This document shows positions 7,109-10,505 of a stretch of DNA of 10,505 nt, one piece after another. This DNA is from a virus. Within the stretch, counting starts at the first letter, position 1, and each line of letters starts with the position of its first letter. The stretch lies in the UHGV virus genome UHGV-1624474; one strand, 5' to 3'. Below the pieces are notes generated by a model. That model searched no databases, was not told the DNA's origin, and saw only the letters and a list, made by a program, of their open reading frames with translations. Made by a program: the position numbers and the translations under genes.

Positions 7109-8136
7109 TGGAAATTTTAAAGCGGGATTCAAACAGTATTAATATTGCTTCCTTTTGGGAGGGCTTTTCATTAGGCAAATTTAATTTTGATCCTCCTTAT
7201 CAAAGAGATAGTGTTTGGGATGAAGAAAAACAATCATTCTTTATAGATAGTATACTACGTAACTATCCAATTCCCCCTATATTTCTCCATCAAAAAATTG
7301 ATGATGACACCGGAAGAATCACGTTTGAAGTTGTTGACGGAAAACAGAGGCTCACTGCCATTGTTAATTTTATCAATGGCCAAATAACATCAGCAAGTGA
7401 GGAAGAAGATGATGAATTGACTGGTGTGTTTTTTTCCGATTTATCAACTTCTAAATATGCAGAAGTTAAAAAATTATTCTGGCGATATCAGATGCCTATA
7501 GAGTACATTGATACTGAAGACGAAAGAATAATTGATAGTATTTTCGACAGGCTTAACAGAAATGGTGAACGACTTAACGGACAAGAGTTAAGGAATGCCA
7601 AATATCATGATACTGATTTTTATAAAAAAATAGTAGAATATTCACAACGTGAATATTGGCAAAAATTGCTAGAGCACGTTGATAAGAAGAGAATGGAAGA
7701 CAAAGAGTTTGTATCTGAATTGATATTCACGATCCTTGAGGATGAAGTATTTGGTGCAACTCAAGACATAATTGATAGTCTTTACGAGAAGTATTGCACC
7801 AAGAATGGTGATGAAACAAATGAGGCATTTTCTATTTTTGAAAAAACAACTGACTATTTAGTTGATATGAATATTGATTTCAAAAGTCATAAAGCAAGCG
7901 GTGTTAGTCACTTATACGGAATCTTCAGTTATGCACTTTATTGCAGTAACAATAATGTTCCTGTAGAAGAAGCGTCAAATAGACTTTCCACCTTCCTGGA
8001 TAGCTTGTGGGAAAAAGATACACAACATAATGCGGAATTAAGAAGAGAATATAGAAAAACTATGAGTTCTAGCACAAAAAGCAAAACCCAACGCTCACGT
8101 AGAATTGAAGTGCTTTTAAATCTACTTCACGATTAA
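7108..8136 (+). CDS. DUF262 (ParB/Srx-like NTPase) domain protein; no recognisable DUF1524/HNH nuclease module
   Basis: 342 aa. ATG 7108 overlaps the upstream TAA by 1 nt (TAATG), with AAAGGAG at 7093-7099. DUF262 motifs FDPPYQRDSVWDEEK (YQR codons 7198-7206), IDSILRNYPIPPIFL and VVDGKQRLTAI (about 7327-7359). The C-terminal half is helical with no obvious H-N-H catalytic pattern. Confidence 0.85.
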   Translation: MEILKRDSNSINIASFWEGFSLGKFNFDPPYQRDSVWDEEKQSFFIDSILRNYPIPPIFLHQKIDDDTGRITFEVVDGKQRLTAIVNFINGQITSASEEEDDELTGVFFSDLSTSKYAEVKKLFWRYQMPIEYIDTEDERIIDSIFDRLNRNGERLNGQELRNAKYHDTDFYKKIVEYSQREYWQKLLEHVDKKRMEDKEFVSELIFTILEDEVFGATQDIIDSLYEKYCTKNGDETNEAFSIFEKTTDYLVDMNIDFKSHKASGVSHLYGIFSYALYCSNNNVPVEEASNRLSTFLDSLWEKDTQHNAELRREYRKTMSSSTKSKTQRSRRIEVLLNLLHD

Positions 8137-8149
8137 ACTATATAATAGT

Positions 8150-8178
8150 AGGAGTGAACTTCGCTCCTGCTTTTCTCA
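8150..8178 (+). terminator. weak candidate terminator after the DUF262 gene
   Basis: 5-bp stem AGGAG (8150-8154) / CTCCT (8164-8168) with a 9-nt loop, followed by GCTTTTCTC. Confidence 0.25.
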
Positions 8179-8788
8179 CTCTATCTTTTATTATTTCTCT
8201 TTGAGATATGAAGTAATACTTTAAAAATATAAATCACATTCATCGCATATGATATTGTGATATCCCCACATGGTGCATGTTCGTAGTCTATCCCTCAGGC
8301 AAATAATAATAGAAAGTTAACCGAATCAGTTATACTCTCACCCAGATATTAGGATGGCTAAATCAACATGAGTGCAAGGATCGTCTTGGGGGAAACATTG
8401 GCACTGTGTGATGGCTCATCATTAAAAAATCAGTTTATATCAAAAGTAAATGATTACAGAAAAACTATATTTATAGATAAAGAAAAAAGCATTTAATTAC
8501 TTCTTAAATATGATAATCACACTCTGTGAAATGATACTTTGACTTACTTCCAATTATTAAACCACGAGATTCATGCATTACCATAATCATTTAAGAAAAC
8601 AAAAGTCCGGCCTTTGCTCTTATCAACCACTACAATTCATAAAGAAATCCTGTTGATGCAAAAAAAAGACATTGATCACAATATCGAGTTAATCATTTGA
8701 AAGTTTATTACTCACATTGAAAAATTTCTCAGTATCAGATATACCAACGTTGAGGGCTTCCCTCTTACATCTCAAAAGGATAACTATC

Positions 8789-8917
8789 ATGGGTCTTAAA
8801 CCAGGTCCAAAACCAATTGCTAAATCGACAGGAAAACCGGATCAACGCCGACGAGATAATAAAGATACTCCTGGCAACACTCCGGGACTAAAGCCAAGTA
8901 AGTCCACCGGGAAGTAA
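8789..8917 (+). CDS. small Lys/Pro/Gly-rich protein (42 aa) with internal repeats
   Basis: ATG 8789 with AAGGA (8776-8780) at 8-nt spacing. Translation MGLKPGPKPIAKSTGKPDQRRRDNKDTPGNTPGLKPSKSTGK has GLKP and KSTGK each twice. -35-like TTGAAA at 8717-8722. Track start 8717 is an upstream TTG extension. Confidence 0.4.
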   Translation: MGLKPGPKPIAKSTGKPDQRRRDNKDTPGNTPGLKPSKSTGK

Positions 8918-8922
8918 AAAAT

Positions 8923-8951
8923 CAGGGTATAAATAAGTTATTTATACCCTG
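8923..8951. terminator. perfect palindromic hairpin between convergent genes; terminator for the minus-strand gene, possibly bidirectional
   Basis: CAGGGTATAAATAA (8923-8936), G, TTATTTATACCCTG (8938-8951): 14-bp perfect arms. On the minus strand the hairpin is followed by ATTTTTTA (complement of 8915-8922). Confidence 0.6.
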
Positions 8952-8965
8952 ACTACATATCCAGT

Positions 8966-9861
8966 TTACTGAAGGTGTTTCTGCAGCCAGATGCACGTTC
9001 CTTCTGTATCATACGCCTGTGCCCCATACCCTGTAGCAAGCAAAGTCTCTGGTAAATACTCGTCATATTTATCCAGGTACTTGTCAGGAACAACTGCAGC
9101 AAGCTCAAACTCTGAAGGTAACCCCGACAATAACATTTTCTTAAGTGCACGCTGAACAGAGGCAACGCCTGAGCCCTCTACCTCTATCACACCTGCAAAT
9201 GAACTGGCTTTAAAGCCACAACGTATAAGCAGGGACGTAATTGTATTGACAATTTTATCCCCCATCCACGGGATCACGTAGCAGTTCTGACCACTGGCAA
9301 TAAAACAGTGATTTTGTAGATTGTAGCGTTGGAAGTTGTCACTTCCTTCCGCGAAGAGGCTTCTGGCTGCGGCATCAGCATAATCAACTCTCTTGTTGCC
9401 TACCGCGATACGGTAATCATTTTCCCTGTAGATAGCGAGCATCTCCTGGCGAACAACATCATGAACAGACATCCCGCTACCACTGAATAGTGGTGGCTGC
9501 CCGCCTTTAGTCGCCTCAACATAGATAGCTTTTTTTCAACCTCGATCTCTGTCACTTTCCAGCGCTGTCCGCCGAAGATGATGTGCTGCTCCGGCAAAAG
9601 TGGGGAGTCTACAGGCACTGTGCCAAGAGTTCGGTTTCCCGTTACAATGCGAAACTCCTCAGATGTATTGAATACGGCATAAAACGTGTAGTGATTAATC
9701 AGCTTCTCCCCCTCAGCCCCGACAACTATTTAACCGCTGGCTAGTTGAGTGAGCAGGCCACATGTCCCCATATGTTTAAGCAGACTTTTGAAGTCATTTA
9801 TATCCACATTCCGGAACGGACCTGTCTGGCAAAGTTGTGACCAGAGCTGATCGGCACGAAC
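8966..9861 (-). pseudogene. decayed C-terminal fragment of a larger gene of unknown function (5' end removed by the IS insertion, in-frame stop, homopolymer frameshift)
   Basis: Minus-strand frame is open from the IS end (9861) to an in-frame TAA at 9732-9730, then continues to a frame break at the A7 run (plus-strand T7, 9530-9536). One extra A would join it to the 168-aa ORF 8966-9472. About 50% G+C. Reconstructed sequence about 295 aa; no family recognised. Confidence 0.6.
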
Positions 9862-10505
9862 TGAACCGCCCCGGGTTTCCTGGAGAGTGTTTTATCTGTG
9901 AACTCAGGCTGCCAGATCATCGTTTCCGATGGAAGCATAATAAGCTTTTTCTGCTTCTGCCGGAGGAGTATGGCCCAGCCTTCCCAGCAATCGTCGATTG
10001 TTATACCAGTCCACCCACGTTAGTGTGGCCAGTTCCACTTCTGCACGGTTTTTCCAGCTCTTACGGTGTATTACCTCCGCTTTGTAAAGACCATTGATGC
10101 TCTCAGCCATCGCGTTGTCATACGAGTCGCCTGTACTCCCTGTTGATGCCAGTAATCCGGCTTCTTTTAGTCGCTCCGTATAGGCCAGTGACACATACTG
10201 AGAGCCTTTATCGCTGTGATGGATGGTGCCAGACGGACGACGGGCCCACAACGCCTGCTCCAGCGCATCCAGCACGAATGTCGTTTCCATAGACGATGAG
10301 ACCCGCCACCCCACGATGTATCCGGCAAACACATCAATGATAAACGCCACATAGACGAAGCCCTGCCATGTGCTGACGTAAGTAAAATCAGCCACCCACA
10401 GCTGGTCAGGTCGTTCTGCCACGAACTGACGGTTTACGCGGTCGCCTGCGGCAACGGCTTTCCGGCTGATGGTCGTACGGACCTTTTTACCCCGGAGAAC
10501 ACCGG
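9862..10505 (-). mobile_element. IS3-family insertion sequence (IS629/IS3411-like), right end; continues beyond the window
   Basis: Terminal sequence TGAACCGCCCCGGG at 9862-9875 matches the inverted-repeat start I recall for IS629/IS1203/IS3411. The OrfB stop is 42 bp inside it. Confidence 0.75.
9904..10505 (-). CDS. IS3-family transposase OrfB (DDE integrase core), N-terminus outside the window
   Basis: Translation has NRQF-x-A-x-x-PDQLWVADFTYV, HSDKGSQYVS and DSYDNAMAESINGLYKAEVIH, the canonical IS3 DDE-region motifs. The frame is open from 10422 to the window edge at 10505 (GVLRGKKVRTTISRKAVAAGDRVNRQF...). Confidence 0.85.
   Translation of the reverse strand, partial: GVLRGKKVRTTISRKAVAAGDRVNRQFVAERPDQLWVADFTYVSTWQGFVYVAFIIDVFAGYIVGWRVSSSMETTFVLDALEQALWARRPSGTIHHSDKGSQYVSLAYTERLKEAGLLASTGSTGDSYDNAMAESINGLYKAEVIHRKSWKNRAEVELATLTWVDWYNNRRLLGRLGHTPPAEAEKAYYASIGNDDLAA

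Noticed and set aside
8368-8496. 42-codon ORF (MSARIVLGETLALCDGSSLKNQFISKVNDYRKTIFIDKEKSI) in the AT-rich intergenic region
   Set aside because: The nearest Shine-Dalgarno-like sequence (AGGA 8351-8354) is 13 nt from the ATG. It sits in an AT-rich tract where short ORFs arise by chance, and has no terminator or other support.
8953-9165. Minus-strand 70-aa alternate-frame ORF overlapping the 3' end of the decayed gene
   Set aside because: It overlaps the longer, better-supported frame 8966..9472 and the palindromic terminator. No ribosome-binding site.
9837-10352. ORFs 9837..10097 (plus) and 10167..10352 (minus, alternate frame) within the IS element
   Set aside because: Antisense or alternate-frame to the transposase OrfB, whose identity is supported by conserved DDE-region motifs.
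1-10505. Possibility of a CRISPR array, rRNA or tRNA gene in the window
   Set aside because: No spaced direct repeats of CRISPR type, no rRNA-like conserved stretches and no complete tRNA cloverleaf were found on reading both strands.

Overview
This window appears to be the integrase-proximal end of an enterobacterial lambdoid-type prophage (E. coli-like) followed by a small, AT-rich, IS-flanked accessory island. Coordinates 1-3088 carry a tightly packed, translationally coupled plus-strand operon of prophage early-region genes, including an Ea22-like protein, a DUF551-like protein and an ASCH/DUF3850-like protein. Coordinates 3100-3660 hold an AT-rich insert with two small ORFs and two hairpin terminators. 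An AlpA-family excisionase/regulator (3697-3897) and a P4/DUF4102-type tyrosine integrase (4161-5351) follow, both transcribed rightward, so the prophage end and attachment site should lie just right of 5351. Beyond that are a decayed IS3-family fragment (5442-5913, minus strand), then the main item of interest: a two-gene operon at 6059-8136 encoding a SIR2-like (NADase-type) protein overlapping by one base with a DUF262 (ParB/Srx-like NTPase) protein. This looks like a candidate antiphage defense system of a gene combination I cannot assign to any named system. To its right are an AT-rich intergenic region with a small Lys/Pro/Gly-rich ORF and a perfect palindromic terminator, a decaying minus-strand gene fragment (8966-9861), and the end of an IS629/IS3411-like element running off the window (9862-10505). 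No rRNA, tRNA or CRISPR array was seen. All domain assignments come from motifs read by eye in the supplied translations; no database search was run.
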